From Candidatus Sumerlaeaceae bacterium (GTDB taxonomy: Bacteria; Sumerlaeota; Sumerlaeia; Sumerlaeales; Sumerlaeaceae), in NCBI GenBank assembly GCA_051003195.1, contig JBPCLP010000058.1, positions 39,408 to 103,407 of the forward strand: a stretch of DNA of 64,000 nucleotides. The letters run 5' to 3'. The number at the start of each line of letters is the position of its first letter. Position 1 is the stretch's first letter. Made by a program: the position numbers and the translations under genes. Shown piece after piece: positions 10,136 through 18,954 of this stretch. Under the pieces are notes generated by a model. The model did not search any database and was not told the origin of the DNA. It saw only the letters and a list, made by a program, of their open reading frames with translations.

Positions 10136-11698
10136 CTATCCGCGGGCAGGCATTTTGGCGATTGTGTCGAGAAAGGTTTCGTTGGGAAACAACTGTTCTT
10201 TCTGAATCGCATTTCCGACAATTTGCCTGTAATAGGAGAGAGTCGCATCGCGACAATGCTTTTCAAAATTCCGAAACAGCACAGACGCAGGGACATCGGG
10301 CGGATTGAAAGTGGCCTTCAACTCCAGGCTTTCTGCCGCGGCGATTCGGTCACCGGTGCTCGGGTGTGTATCAAACAACCCGGTTTTTGCATGCCGCATG
10401 GCGGAGTCGGCGTTCTGCAGCGCGTAATCGGGTATCTGCGGGACGTTGTGTAAGCATAGTTCCGGAAAGTTCCGCGGCAGGGTAAACTTGCCGAATCCAC
10501 GTGCGAGATCACCGTGGGCCCCCTGTGCGGCCATGTTGAGTTCGAGCATCTTCTTTGAAGTTTTCTGAAATTCATCGCTTCCTGCGAGGAACGCCCCGTA
10601 CCTGTCCGCCGCGAATTCCTGCTGCCGGGACATGAAACTGCTGATGACGAACCCGAGGTACATTAGCAGCCAAAGTATTCCGCGGCTAACCCAAATTCCT
10701 ATGTGTGCGGGCCAGAAAAGCGGAGCGACCTGGATAGGCAGGCCTTTGGTGAGCGCAACGAGAGCTGCGTCCCAGGAGTCGCGCTGGTACACGACGCGGG
10801 CAAACCAGATATTTACGGTCCAGATGATCTGGGACAGTCGCATGCCGGCGCCCTGGGCAAAGTGACCGAACTCGTGCGCAAGCACTCCGGAGAATTGTCG
10901 CAGGTTCATTCCAGATGCCAGGGGAAGTCCGATGGTGAGTACGAGGTCGGCTGGCAAAAAAATGCTCCAAAGGCCATACCGAAGCGAGGCGGATGCATTG
11001 GCTTGGCAATCGACGTCAATACGCCTTGGGGCGGCGGTGCCCAGCAATTGGCAAAGCCTGTCGACAAAGGCGAATAGAACGGGCTCTTCTTCGCGCCGCA
11101 AGCTGATGGGTGCGTCGGCTTTCACGCTTCTGGCCAGTAACGGCTTCACCATGAAGAGCGCGACAACGCTGCCTCCAATGAGCGGAGCGAAGTAGAGAAA
11201 CAGTTTCGCGCGGGTGCCAAACTGCGGATCGTGGAGGATGTTGCTGAAACTGGTGGCGTACCAGTATACGCCATAAGCCGATGCGCCTACGAGGGCCAAG
11301 TAAATACATGGAAGCACCACCATACAGATGGCCATAAACAGCAGGGCGACAAGATAGAAGAAGGAGGTGGCGTGGCGTGGCGGGCTTCCCGTTAACATGG
11401 CCAGCAGTTGCTGTGCGTGTTCCTTGTTGATGCCGGGCTGAAAGCTGGAAACTTCGGGAGGAGCTGTCTTTGTGACGGTGGCAGAACGCGCTGACGATGC
11501 TGGCATGGTGGGACTGACAACAGGCGCTGTAACACCGAGTTGAGGATTCACTATGGCTGGCTGTTGTGTGTCGCGCGATGGCGCAGTCTTTTTTCGCCGC
11601 TGCATGTAAACGGTTGCGATCGCCCCAACCAGAAAGCCGCCGGTGATTACCCCGACCAGCAGCAGGTTTTCGAGTATCCAATAGAACAGATCAATCAT
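10136..11698 (-). CDS. M48 family membrane zinc metallopeptidase
   Basis: Several TM segments, VLAHEFGH (HExxH), QEFAAD and DTHPS motifs. Confidence 0.88.
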   Translation of the reverse strand: MIDLFYWILENLLLVGVITGGFLVGAIATVYMQRRKKTAPSRDTQQPAIVNPQLGVTAPVVSPTMPASSARSATVTKTAPPEVSSFQPGINKEHAQQLLAMLTGSPPRHATSFFYLVALLFMAICMVVLPCIYLALVGASAYGVYWYATSFSNILHDPQFGTRAKLFLYFAPLIGGSVVALFMVKPLLARSVKADAPISLRREEEPVLFAFVDRLCQLLGTAAPRRIDVDCQANASASLRYGLWSIFLPADLVLTIGLPLASGMNLRQFSGVLAHEFGHFAQGAGMRLSQIIWTVNIWFARVVYQRDSWDAALVALTKGLPIQVAPLFWPAHIGIWVSRGILWLLMYLGFVISSFMSRQQEFAADRYGAFLAGSDEFQKTSKKMLELNMAAQGAHGDLARGFGKFTLPRNFPELCLHNVPQIPDYALQNADSAMRHAKTGLFDTHPSTGDRIAAAESLELKATFNPPDVPASVLFRNFEKHCRDATLSYYRQIVGNAIQKEQLFPNETFLDTIAKMPARG

Positions 11699-11862
11699 GC
11701 GCCCTGCGTTTGTCCAATCGCCATTCGAGTTGTGTTTTTCCCCGCTCGATCTTCTACGTATTCTCCATCTGGATTAATTACGATATCAAACACTTCTGGT
11801 TCATCTACTTCGTGGTTGTAGATGTGCGGCTCCCCAGTTTCGGGAACTGGGTAGAATCGAAT
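11695..11862 (-). pseudogene. Truncated remnant of a small BrnT/DUF4258-like toxin gene
   Basis: Manual translation gives IRFYPVPETGEPHIYNHEVDEPEVFDIVINPDGEYVEDRAGKNTTRMAIGQTQGA*. There is no ATG/GTG start and it stops where the C-terminal half would begin. Confidence 0.5.
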
Positions 11863-11895
11863 CTGGTCTTCGCTCCGCTGGCCGCGGTGCCATTG

Positions 11896-12903
11896 CTAAG
11901 CGCTTCCTTTGCGCCGCGGCTTTCCTGCCTTCTTCGGCAACTTAAACCCGAACTGGTTTAGGTCGAATTCCTTTTTGCGCCAGTCTTTGCGGACCTTAAC
12001 CCACAGTTCCAGATAGGCAGGCCGGCCGGTGGTCTTCTCAATCTCGCGCCTTGCGTCCTGGCCTATCTGCTTCAGCACTTCGCCGCCTTTACCGATGAGA
12101 ATCCCTTTCTGGGAATCACGCTCGACGATGATTACGATGCGTATATAATCCTTGTCGACGCGCTCGGTGAATTCTTCGACCTCGGTATATACCGAGTAGG
12201 GAATCTCAGCGCCGGTTCTTCTGAAAACTTTTTCCCGGACAGTTTCAGCAGCGAGAAAACGGAGATCGCGATCTGAAAGCTGTTCGGCATCGTAATACAT
12301 TGGACCGGGTGGCAGCCGTTTCACCGTTTCTTCAATCAGGGTGTCGAGGCCTTTTCGTTTCAGTGCAGAAATCAGGAAGATTGCATCGTAGTTTCGGGGC
12401 TCCAGTTCAGCCGGTAAGGGTGGTCGGCCCGATTTGCCCGGGCCGCGCAATTTGTCTACTTTGTTTACCACGAGGAACTTTGCAGTGCCGGGTGATGCAC
12501 GGCGCAGAATTTCTGATAGACGCTGATTTGCGGGTTCGCGATCCTGCGCATCGACGAGGTGGTAGACGACGTCCACCTCTTCGAGTGCCTCAGCAGCGCG
12601 CGACATAAGGACTTCGTTAAAACGATCCTGCGGCACCAACACGCCGGGTGTGTCGAGAAAGACGATCTGGAACCCGGTCGTCGTAAATATTCCGGTAATT
12701 TTGTCGCGGGTGGTCTGCGGCTTGTCCGAGGTTATGGCTATCTTTTCACCGACAATTGAATTCAACAAAGTGGACTTGCCCGCGTTCGGCTTGCCGAGAA
12801 TAACTACATACCCTGAACGAAAAGGGGGCGGCGTCGCTGCTGTGTCGGCCGTTGAACTTTGCTCTTTCAAAGCGCTTCTTGAGAACCCCGCATGATCTGG
12901 CAT
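11896..12903 (-). CDS. era: GTPase Era
   Basis: GKPNAGKSTLLN, KPQTTRD, DTPG, NKVD, and a KH domain with SQKGILIGKGG and LELWVKV. Confidence 0.97.
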   Translation of the reverse strand: MPDHAGFSRSALKEQSSTADTAATPPPFRSGYVVILGKPNAGKSTLLNSIVGEKIAITSDKPQTTRDKITGIFTTTGFQIVFLDTPGVLVPQDRFNEVLMSRAAEALEEVDVVYHLVDAQDREPANQRLSEILRRASPGTAKFLVVNKVDKLRGPGKSGRPPLPAELEPRNYDAIFLISALKRKGLDTLIEETVKRLPPGPMYYDAEQLSDRDLRFLAAETVREKVFRRTGAEIPYSVYTEVEEFTERVDKDYIRIVIIVERDSQKGILIGKGGEVLKQIGQDARREIEKTTGRPAYLELWVKVRKDWRKKEFDLNQFGFKLPKKAGKPRRKGSA

Positions 12904-13000
12904 CTAAAGTGTGAAACGTTTGTGGGCGCGTTATGCGGCCCGGTCAAGCTGCACCTCGCTCCGGCCCGCATGACGAGCAAAAAACGTGAGGAGAGTATTG

Positions 13001-13429
13001 ATGAGAAGATCATTCATTGCCGCGGCAATGAGTCTGGCAGTTGTGGCGGCAGCCGTGCCGTGCTCAGGAGCAGAGGCTGTAAAGACCTCGGCTGTCACGA
13101 AGGATAAGCTGGGGCAGCAGGTGACCGTGGAAGGAAAGACGTCCTCTTTCCGTGCTTCGCGCGGTGAAAAATCCCCGAGTTCCTTTATGCTCAAAGATTC
13201 CGCCGGTGAAGTACGGATCGTGATCTGGCCGGATATCTATGGGCAGATCACGGGAAAGGAAGCACTCGAAAAGGACGGCACCCAGGTGACCATCGAAGGC
13301 GAAGTGGCAGAATACCGCGAGAAAATTGAACTCCACCTCAATAACGCTTCTGGCGTGAAAATCAGCTCCGACGATGCAACAACGTCCGATTCGTCAGGAT
13401 CCGACAAGACTACGACGTCGGCAAGATAG
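13001..13429 (+). CDS. Exported OB-fold (nucleic-acid-binding type) protein
   Basis: Signal peptide MRRSFIAAAMSLAVVAAA; OB-fold pattern VTVEG...FMLKDSAGEVRIVIW...VTIEGEVAEYREKIEL. Confidence 0.7.
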   Translation: MRRSFIAAAMSLAVVAAAVPCSGAEAVKTSAVTKDKLGQQVTVEGKTSSFRASRGEKSPSSFMLKDSAGEVRIVIWPDIYGQITGKEALEKDGTQVTIEGEVAEYREKIELHLNNASGVKISSDDATTSDSSGSDKTTTSAR

Positions 13430-13431
13430 CT

Positions 13432-13474
13432 AAACAAAAGGATCGGGGTAGCCGCTACGAGCGCGCCCCGATCC
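13432..13474 (-). terminator. Intrinsic terminator hairpin with the U-tract on the minus strand
   Basis: Stem GGATCGGGG (13440-13448) / CCCCGATCC (13466-13474), preceded by AAACAAAA on + (TTTTGTTT after the stem on -). Confidence 0.6.
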
Positions 13475-13480
13475 GCTTCT

Positions 13481-13720
13481 AATGCCGGGTGGAGTTTGCC
13501 TGCCGCGTTCTATCGGCCACCGCCCAACAATTCCCTCTTCTTCACGAACGTGCAAACAAACTGCAAGTCCGGTGCCAGCGAATTTCCGTTGTAATAATTT
13601 CAAGGCCCTTATTTTTCAAGCGACGCTCTATCTAATCCTATTTCAGGAACGTTTTAACGCGGTTGAAACCGTGCCAATTGCCCAGCGGGGCCTGGTTCAG
13701 AAATTCTCACCCCGGCATTC
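13481..13720 (-). ncRNA. Possible structured ncRNA of about 240 nt with paired ends, family unassigned
   Basis: Imperfect inverted arms at 13481-13532 and 13676-13719, with several mismatches that become G-U pairs on the minus strand; TATAAT upstream and a terminator downstream on that strand. Confidence 0.3.
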
Positions 13721-14140
13721 TAGTTCTTTATATTATAAGAAATAATGCCTTAATAAACAGCAGTATGTTTTAGGGCCTGTTGAAAGGGTGAAAAGTGGCT
13801 TAAGCTTTTCGGATTCAACAATGTAGATACCGTTAAAACCTGCGGACAATAAACTAGATCCTCCACATGAAGGGGCTTTGCGGGTAATGGAAACGGTGGG
13901 AAGGCCGCTTCCACACATTTGCGGAAACATGCTGTGGGGAAGCACGTCACGATACTGCGATGAACCGAAACTAAGTACCTGATTTTCTATTTCGGGAAGC
14001 TGAGGAAAATCCGCGCTTTATCCACAAACTCACAGGGTTTCCCACAGGTTCAGTGAATTGTGGAACAACTTGGATAGCCCCCGATGCAATGCTTTTATTG
14101 TTATTTAGGTGGAATTTTTCGGTTGAAAATATGGATTACA
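13721..14140. other. Putative chromosomal replication origin (oriC)
   Basis: AT-rich tract at 13721-13770; minus-strand CTTTTCACC-CTTTCAACA-GGCCC-TA; perfect DnaA box TTATCCACA at 14018-14026; 1-mismatch boxes at 14038-14046 and 14059-14067; several 2-mismatch boxes; parABS nearby. Confidence 0.7.
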
Positions 14141-14230
14141 GGCTCTCGAAATAGAGTCGTTAGCGGGGGAAGTGCAGACTCCACCTGTGGTTGGCGCGCT
14201 TCGTGAATACCGACAGCTTGACGTTGGCTG

Positions 14231-14926
14231 CTATCTCAGGAATCGCTGGCAGTTTGGACACTGTAAAAGCTCGTCGCCACTCTTAGCTTTTATGGCTAGT
14301 TGCGCTACAAGGACATTACCGCAGCCCGCACAGGCTCCCTTATCAGTGCCGGCGACAGCGGTAGGTCCGTGCCGCTTCCGCAGCCACTCATAGGTTTCCA
14401 GCAGGTCCTCTCCGAGGCGGTTGGCGGCAGCAATGCGATCTCCCTGCAAGGCCTTCGAAAGTTCGGCCTTTTGTTTACGCAGCGTTTCCAGACGGGTTTG
14501 TTCAGCAGTCGCTTTGGTTTCAAGTTGCTTCTCCTGCCGCAATTTCAACGTACCAGAACTCGCCAGCGCGTCCTCTTTGTCGATCAATGCAAGGATTCGC
14601 TCTTCCAGGCTATCTATACTTGATTGCGCGCCTTGCGCCTCGTGCTCCAGTGCTTCAGCTTCTTTGGCCGTGCGCACTTGTTCCTGCTGCTGCCGAAATC
14701 GGGACAGTCGAGCTTCGGAGTCCTTTAGCTCCGCTTCTAATTTTCTGCGTTCGGCTGCAGCTGCATGGATTTCCTTCTCGTGTTTCTGGTTTGCGGCTGC
14801 ACGCCTTGCGCGCTCGCGCTTGAGGCCTTCAAAAACCGGTTCGAACCTCCGAAGATCCTCCTGAAGACGAGCCAGTTCCTGGTCGAGTTCCTGCAGGTGA
14901 AGCATAGACTTCAGTTGTTCGTTCAC
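14231..14926 (-). CDS. Coiled-coil protein with C4 zinc ribbon (DUF164 / CT398-like)
   Basis: LQELD at the N-terminus, long coiled coil, CAGC...QCPNCQRFL at the C-terminus; overlaps the Nif3 stop, a common gene pair. Confidence 0.9.
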   Translation of the reverse strand: MNEQLKSMLHLQELDQELARLQEDLRRFEPVFEGLKRERARRAAANQKHEKEIHAAAAERRKLEAELKDSEARLSRFRQQQEQVRTAKEAEALEHEAQGAQSSIDSLEERILALIDKEDALASSGTLKLRQEKQLETKATAEQTRLETLRKQKAELSKALQGDRIAAANRLGEDLLETYEWLRKRHGPTAVAGTDKGACAGCGNVLVAQLAIKAKSGDELLQCPNCQRFLR

Positions 14927-16116
14927 TTGCGTCGAGTCTGCTTTCGTGGTTTTGGTGAAGGGGCAGGTGTTTCAGCTTCCGCAGTATCTTGGCGCGGTAA
15001 CGACAGAAGCCACGGCTCAGGGAAATCCGTATACGGTATAAGCTGTAGTGCGCTCTCGGCGATTATTAATTCGGAGCCGAACTGCTTGCAGAAGTAGGGT
15101 GCGAACACGCGTTCACTGGCAGCGTGACCCACAGCGACTACGCTGATTCCGCGCTGCAACGCATCCAGAGTCAGGTGGTAGGTCAACTCGCCCGTGACGA
15201 GAACGTCGGCCACCGCCGGCGTCACGAGCGCCGAGCAGCCGCCCGCGCTTCCCGTGCAGACGGATACACGCTTCACCGTACTTCCAGGATCTCCGGCAAA
15301 CGTTACGAATTCTGCGCCGATCTGGTTGCGCACATTGTTGGCGAACTGGCGCAAAGTCGTTTTGCTCGGAAGGATTCCGACTGCACCGAGGCCGTACTTT
15401 GGGTCGGCGTCGTGCAACGGAAAGATGTCGTACGCGACTTGTTCGTAGGGATGCGCCTGGCGAACTTCATGCAAGAGTGAACGCAGGGCACGGCGAGGTA
15501 CCAGCGTCTCAATTCGGTCTTCTTCCACCTGCTCGAACTTGCCTTCGCGTCCCACAAAAGGATTTGCGCCGTGCTGAGGCACGTACGTTCCGGTGCCAGG
15601 CGCACGGAACGTGCAGTGGGAATACTGGCCGATACGCCCCCCGCCCCCACGGTGGATTGCCTCAATGAGCTTCGGTGTGTAATCGCGCGGTACAAAGACG
15701 GTGAACTTATAAAGCTCGTCGACGGTTGCGGGTTCTAGTATGATCGGATCCTGCAAACCAAGCAACGCAGCGACCGCCCCGTTGGTGCCGCGCAGGACTC
15801 GATCAAGATTGGTATGCGCCGCGATGAGTGCGATGCTCGACTGGATCAGTTCCATCTGCAGCCTGCCAGCGAGCGTATCCGTCGTGACATTACGCTGTGG
15901 CTTGAAAATGAGGGGATGATGGGTAAGGATTGCCTCTGCCTTTTGGGCTATCGCAAAGCCCAGGACGCGATCGTTCAACTCAAGTGCCACCACGAGGCGT
16001 TCGATTTGCGCGGCTGGATTGCCTATCTGCAGCCCCACATTATCCCACTCGTACGCGAGCCGGAACGGCGCAAAATCGTCGATGGCCGCGGTCAGTTTGG
16101 CCAGAGTTAGTGGCAC
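14923..16116 (-). CDS. Nif3-like dinuclear metal centre protein with PII-like insert (YqfO type)
   Basis: A..WDNVGLQIG, THHPLIF, AHTNLD, GRIGQYSHCTF, HPYE.VAYD, GH..SE. Start is probably the GTG at 16116; the ORF is open to 16233. Confidence 0.92.
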   Translation of the reverse strand: MPLTLAKLTAAIDDFAPFRLAYEWDNVGLQIGNPAAQIERLVVALELNDRVLGFAIAQKAEAILTHHPLIFKPQRNVTTDTLAGRLQMELIQSSIALIAAHTNLDRVLRGTNGAVAALLGLQDPIILEPATVDELYKFTVFVPRDYTPKLIEAIHRGGGGRIGQYSHCTFRAPGTGTYVPQHGANPFVGREGKFEQVEEDRIETLVPRRALRSLLHEVRQAHPYEQVAYDIFPLHDADPKYGLGAVGILPSKTTLRQFANNVRNQIGAEFVTFAGDPGSTVKRVSVCTGSAGGCSALVTPAVADVLVTGELTYHLTLDALQRGISVVAVGHAASERVFAPYFCKQFGSELIIAESALQLIPYTDFPEPWLLSLPRQDTAEAETPAPSPKPRKQTRRK

Positions 16117-16278
16117 GATTGGCCATCTCGATCTACAGAGCAGCCTTGTATCACTCGCCGTGCCCGGTTGTTTCTGTATGTGTGTTCGCCTGCATTCTGT
16201 TTCCTGAGCAATAGTTGTTGATGCTCGTGCCACATTGGCTGCTATCAGCGCTGTGAATTTCGCTTAGATGGGAAAGCT

Positions 16279-17691
16279 TTGAATTCGTCACGGACGCTTG
16301 TCATCATTGTTAACTGGAATAAAGCAGCGGTGCTCGACACGATGCTGTCCAGTCTTGAAGCAAGTGGCCCGCGGGAGTTCGATGCGGTGCTGGTAGACAA
16401 CGCATCGACGGATAACTCGGTGCGCCTTGTGCGGGAAAAGCACCCGTGGGTGGAGGTGCTTGAGAACCCCGAAAACCTCGGCGGAACGGGTGGCTTTAAT
16501 CGCGGGATGACTTATGGCCTTCAACATCCAGGCAATTACGAGTATTTCTGGCTGCTGGATAACGATGTTTACGTCCATCCCGGCGCTTACCGCGCGCTGT
16601 TGCAACCGATGCTGGATAACGAGCGAATCGGAATGGTGGGGGCTGCAATCCTGCTGATGAGCGACCCGTCGCAGGTGCAGGAAGCGGGCGTGCGGATTGT
16701 TTGGAGTACAGGCGCATTCGAAAGAAATGGCGGTGGTCCACTGGCCAATGTGGAACAGAATGCGCTGCTGGAGTCGGACTTCGTGCCCGCGTGTTCATGC
16801 CTGGTACGCGTCGCGGCAATTCGAGAAGTGGGAATATGGGATCCTGCTTTTTTCCTGATGTGGGACGACATCGAATGGGGTATACGATTCACGCGTGCTG
16901 GATGGAAGGTTGTCGCGGCAACGGATGCATTGGTGCGTCATGAAAGCTACGACAACAGGCGCGCAAAAAGCCCGTCGTGGATCGGCTATATCTGGCTGCG
17001 GAATAGCCTTTATACGTTCCGGAATCACGCTGTTGGCGCGAACCGCCTGTCTATTTTCTTCAACATTTTCCGGCAAACGCTGACACTGCTTGATAACTGC
17101 GCAGCTGGCGGGCGCGAATCGGAGCACCGGGCCCTGCGCCAGGCGATCTCGGATTTTTTTCTCAATCGCATGGGGAAGCCGCCACAGGAACTGTACTCCG
17201 CCGCGTCCGTCCAGGTAAGCGGCGCGTCTGAAAAACCCGCTCAACTACGCAATGTCGCGCTGCTGGTGACTGACAACGCAGACGCAGCTCGTCAGAGGTA
17301 TTCACAGTTGAAGTCCGATTATCCAGACGCGCAAATATCGTGCATCGTGACGCAACTTCGCCCGGAGCTGCTGGCTGAAGACCTTCCGAACCGCAAGTTG
17401 CAGAGCGTCGATTCGCTGTTTAAGCGGCTGAGCTTTGCCCTTAAGCTGGCGCTCCGCTATGACGCAGCGGCAAACGCATCCAATCAGCCTCAGTATCTGT
17501 ACGTGAAGCTGGCGAGAATGCTGCTTCAGTTTGAGGATGAACACCGCTATTTTGCCGTTCGCCGTGACTTGCCGGCAACACTGTGGCTAATTGCCAAGCG
17601 GCCATTTCTCTGGCTGCGCGCCGCCATATATGCTGTGCGGGCGTCTCGGCTGAAACCGGTGCCGGTAAACTATCACTTCTGGCGGACCTGA
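16279..17691 (+). CDS. Glycosyltransferase family 2
   Basis: IIVNWN, VDNASTD, ENLGGTGGFNRG, WLLDND, FFLMWDDIEW. Confidence 0.9.
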   Translation: MNSSRTLVIIVNWNKAAVLDTMLSSLEASGPREFDAVLVDNASTDNSVRLVREKHPWVEVLENPENLGGTGGFNRGMTYGLQHPGNYEYFWLLDNDVYVHPGAYRALLQPMLDNERIGMVGAAILLMSDPSQVQEAGVRIVWSTGAFERNGGGPLANVEQNALLESDFVPACSCLVRVAAIREVGIWDPAFFLMWDDIEWGIRFTRAGWKVVAATDALVRHESYDNRRAKSPSWIGYIWLRNSLYTFRNHAVGANRLSIFFNIFRQTLTLLDNCAAGGRESEHRALRQAISDFFLNRMGKPPQELYSAASVQVSGASEKPAQLRNVALLVTDNADAARQRYSQLKSDYPDAQISCIVTQLRPELLAEDLPNRKLQSVDSLFKRLSFALKLALRYDAAANASNQPQYLYVKLARMLLQFEDEHRYFAVRRDLPATLWLIAKRPFLWLRAAIYAVRASRLKPVPVNYHFWRT

Positions 17692-18846
17692 GTGCGTATC
17701 CAGTACTCAAGTCATGGGGGTCAGCACTGGAGAGAATTCGACGGCAGGCTGCGACCCGTTGCCAGACTAGCTCTATGGCGCCGCCTGGTCTATCGCGCAA
17801 CGCACCTGCTGCTGGTGCCGGTGGGCCTCCTGGTGATTCTGGCCATGAGACTGGGATTACGTTGGCTTGGAGGTAAAACGCAGGCAGTCTCGACGGTGGG
17901 ACGGATTCCGGCGGGAGATCGTGCGGTCGCTCCAGAATGGCTTTGTAGCGAAGACGCGCAGCCCGACGTTTCGATCGTAGTTCCGTTTTTTAACCGAACG
18001 GACGAGGTGGAGGCGTGCATCGGGTCACTACTGCAGTTAAAGCTCCCGCCAGGTAAAAGAGCTGAGATCATTGCGGTGGATAACGGATCTACTGACGGTA
18101 CAGCGGAGGAATTGCGTCGGTTTCCGATCCGCATTCTGAGCTGTGAGACTCCCGGTCCGTCTGCTGCACGAAATGCAGGCTGGAAATCGGCGCGCGGCGA
18201 AATTGTCGCATTCACTGACAGCGACTGCGCGGTCGACCCGGCGTGGCTGAAAACCCTGTTGCCGGAATTTTCGAATCCGGACGTCCTGTTTGCGGGCGGC
18301 TACATCGAAGCGAAGCACATGGAAACCGGTCCGGCTTACGCATCCCAGATATTTAATTTCCTGGATAACGAAACGTTCTTTCGAGGAAATGCCTACTTTC
18401 CGCCATTCCTCGCGACAGCGAATGCGTTGTATCGACGCGAAGCGCTTCAGCGTTGCGGCGGCTTCGATGAGAGTATCTGGATGAGTGAAGATGCGGACTT
18501 GAGCTGGCGCGTGTTGGATTTAGGCGGAACCGCTATTTACGAGCGAGCGGCGAAAATTCGCCACTCGCACCGCGAGACGGTGCAAGGCCTCTGGCAGCAG
18601 GCCGTCGGCTATGGTGAAGCCAGTGTTGCCGTCTTTGCGAAGCACCGGCGAAGATTTGGATCGTGGGGGGCGGTGGACTGGGTGCATTGGCGCATGCTGG
18701 CCTGGTTACCCTGGGACGTACTTTGGTGTGCGCTAACGAAACGCGGGATAGAACGCACTGCGCCGGTTTACCTGCTGGTGTGGGATGCGGGGTTTGCACT
18801 CGGCTGCATAGTCGGATCCCTGCGGCGGCGCGTTGTTTACCTTTAA
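17692..18846 (+). CDS. Glycosyltransferase family 2
   Basis: VSIVVPFFNR, VDNGSTDGT, GPSAARNAG, FTDSDC, GGFDE...EDADLSWR. Confidence 0.9.
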   Translation: MRIQYSSHGGQHWREFDGRLRPVARLALWRRLVYRATHLLLVPVGLLVILAMRLGLRWLGGKTQAVSTVGRIPAGDRAVAPEWLCSEDAQPDVSIVVPFFNRTDEVEACIGSLLQLKLPPGKRAEIIAVDNGSTDGTAEELRRFPIRILSCETPGPSAARNAGWKSARGEIVAFTDSDCAVDPAWLKTLLPEFSNPDVLFAGGYIEAKHMETGPAYASQIFNFLDNETFFRGNAYFPPFLATANALYRREALQRCGGFDESIWMSEDADLSWRVLDLGGTAIYERAAKIRHSHRETVQGLWQQAVGYGEASVAVFAKHRRRFGSWGAVDWVHWRMLAWLPWDVLWCALTKRGIERTAPVYLLVWDAGFALGCIVGSLRRRVVYL

Positions 18847-18954
18847 GTCCTGTCTGGCCGTGAATCTTGCTGTGGGTTGGACATAGAGGATGATACTTCT
18901 GCCGGCCCCACGCAGCGAATCGGGGACAGTAGAGAGCACGGACAGGAGTGGCTG

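Noticed and set aside
9880..10453. ORFs 9880..10296 (-) and 9983..10453 (+)
   Set aside because: They overlap the M48 gene and the recA promoter region and show no protein-like motifs.
11863..11898. Programmed read-through of the era TAG into the in-frame downstream peptide
   Set aside because: Era is complete at the stop and no recoding signal is evident; a decayed gene remnant is the simpler explanation.
14002..14016. GAGGAAAATCCGCGC resembles the RNase P RNA motif GAGGAAAGUCC, and rnpB often lies near Nif3/zinc-ribbon genes
   Set aside because: It has a mismatch in the conserved core, none of the other RNase P conserved regions follow, and the surrounding sequence is better explained as DnaA boxes.
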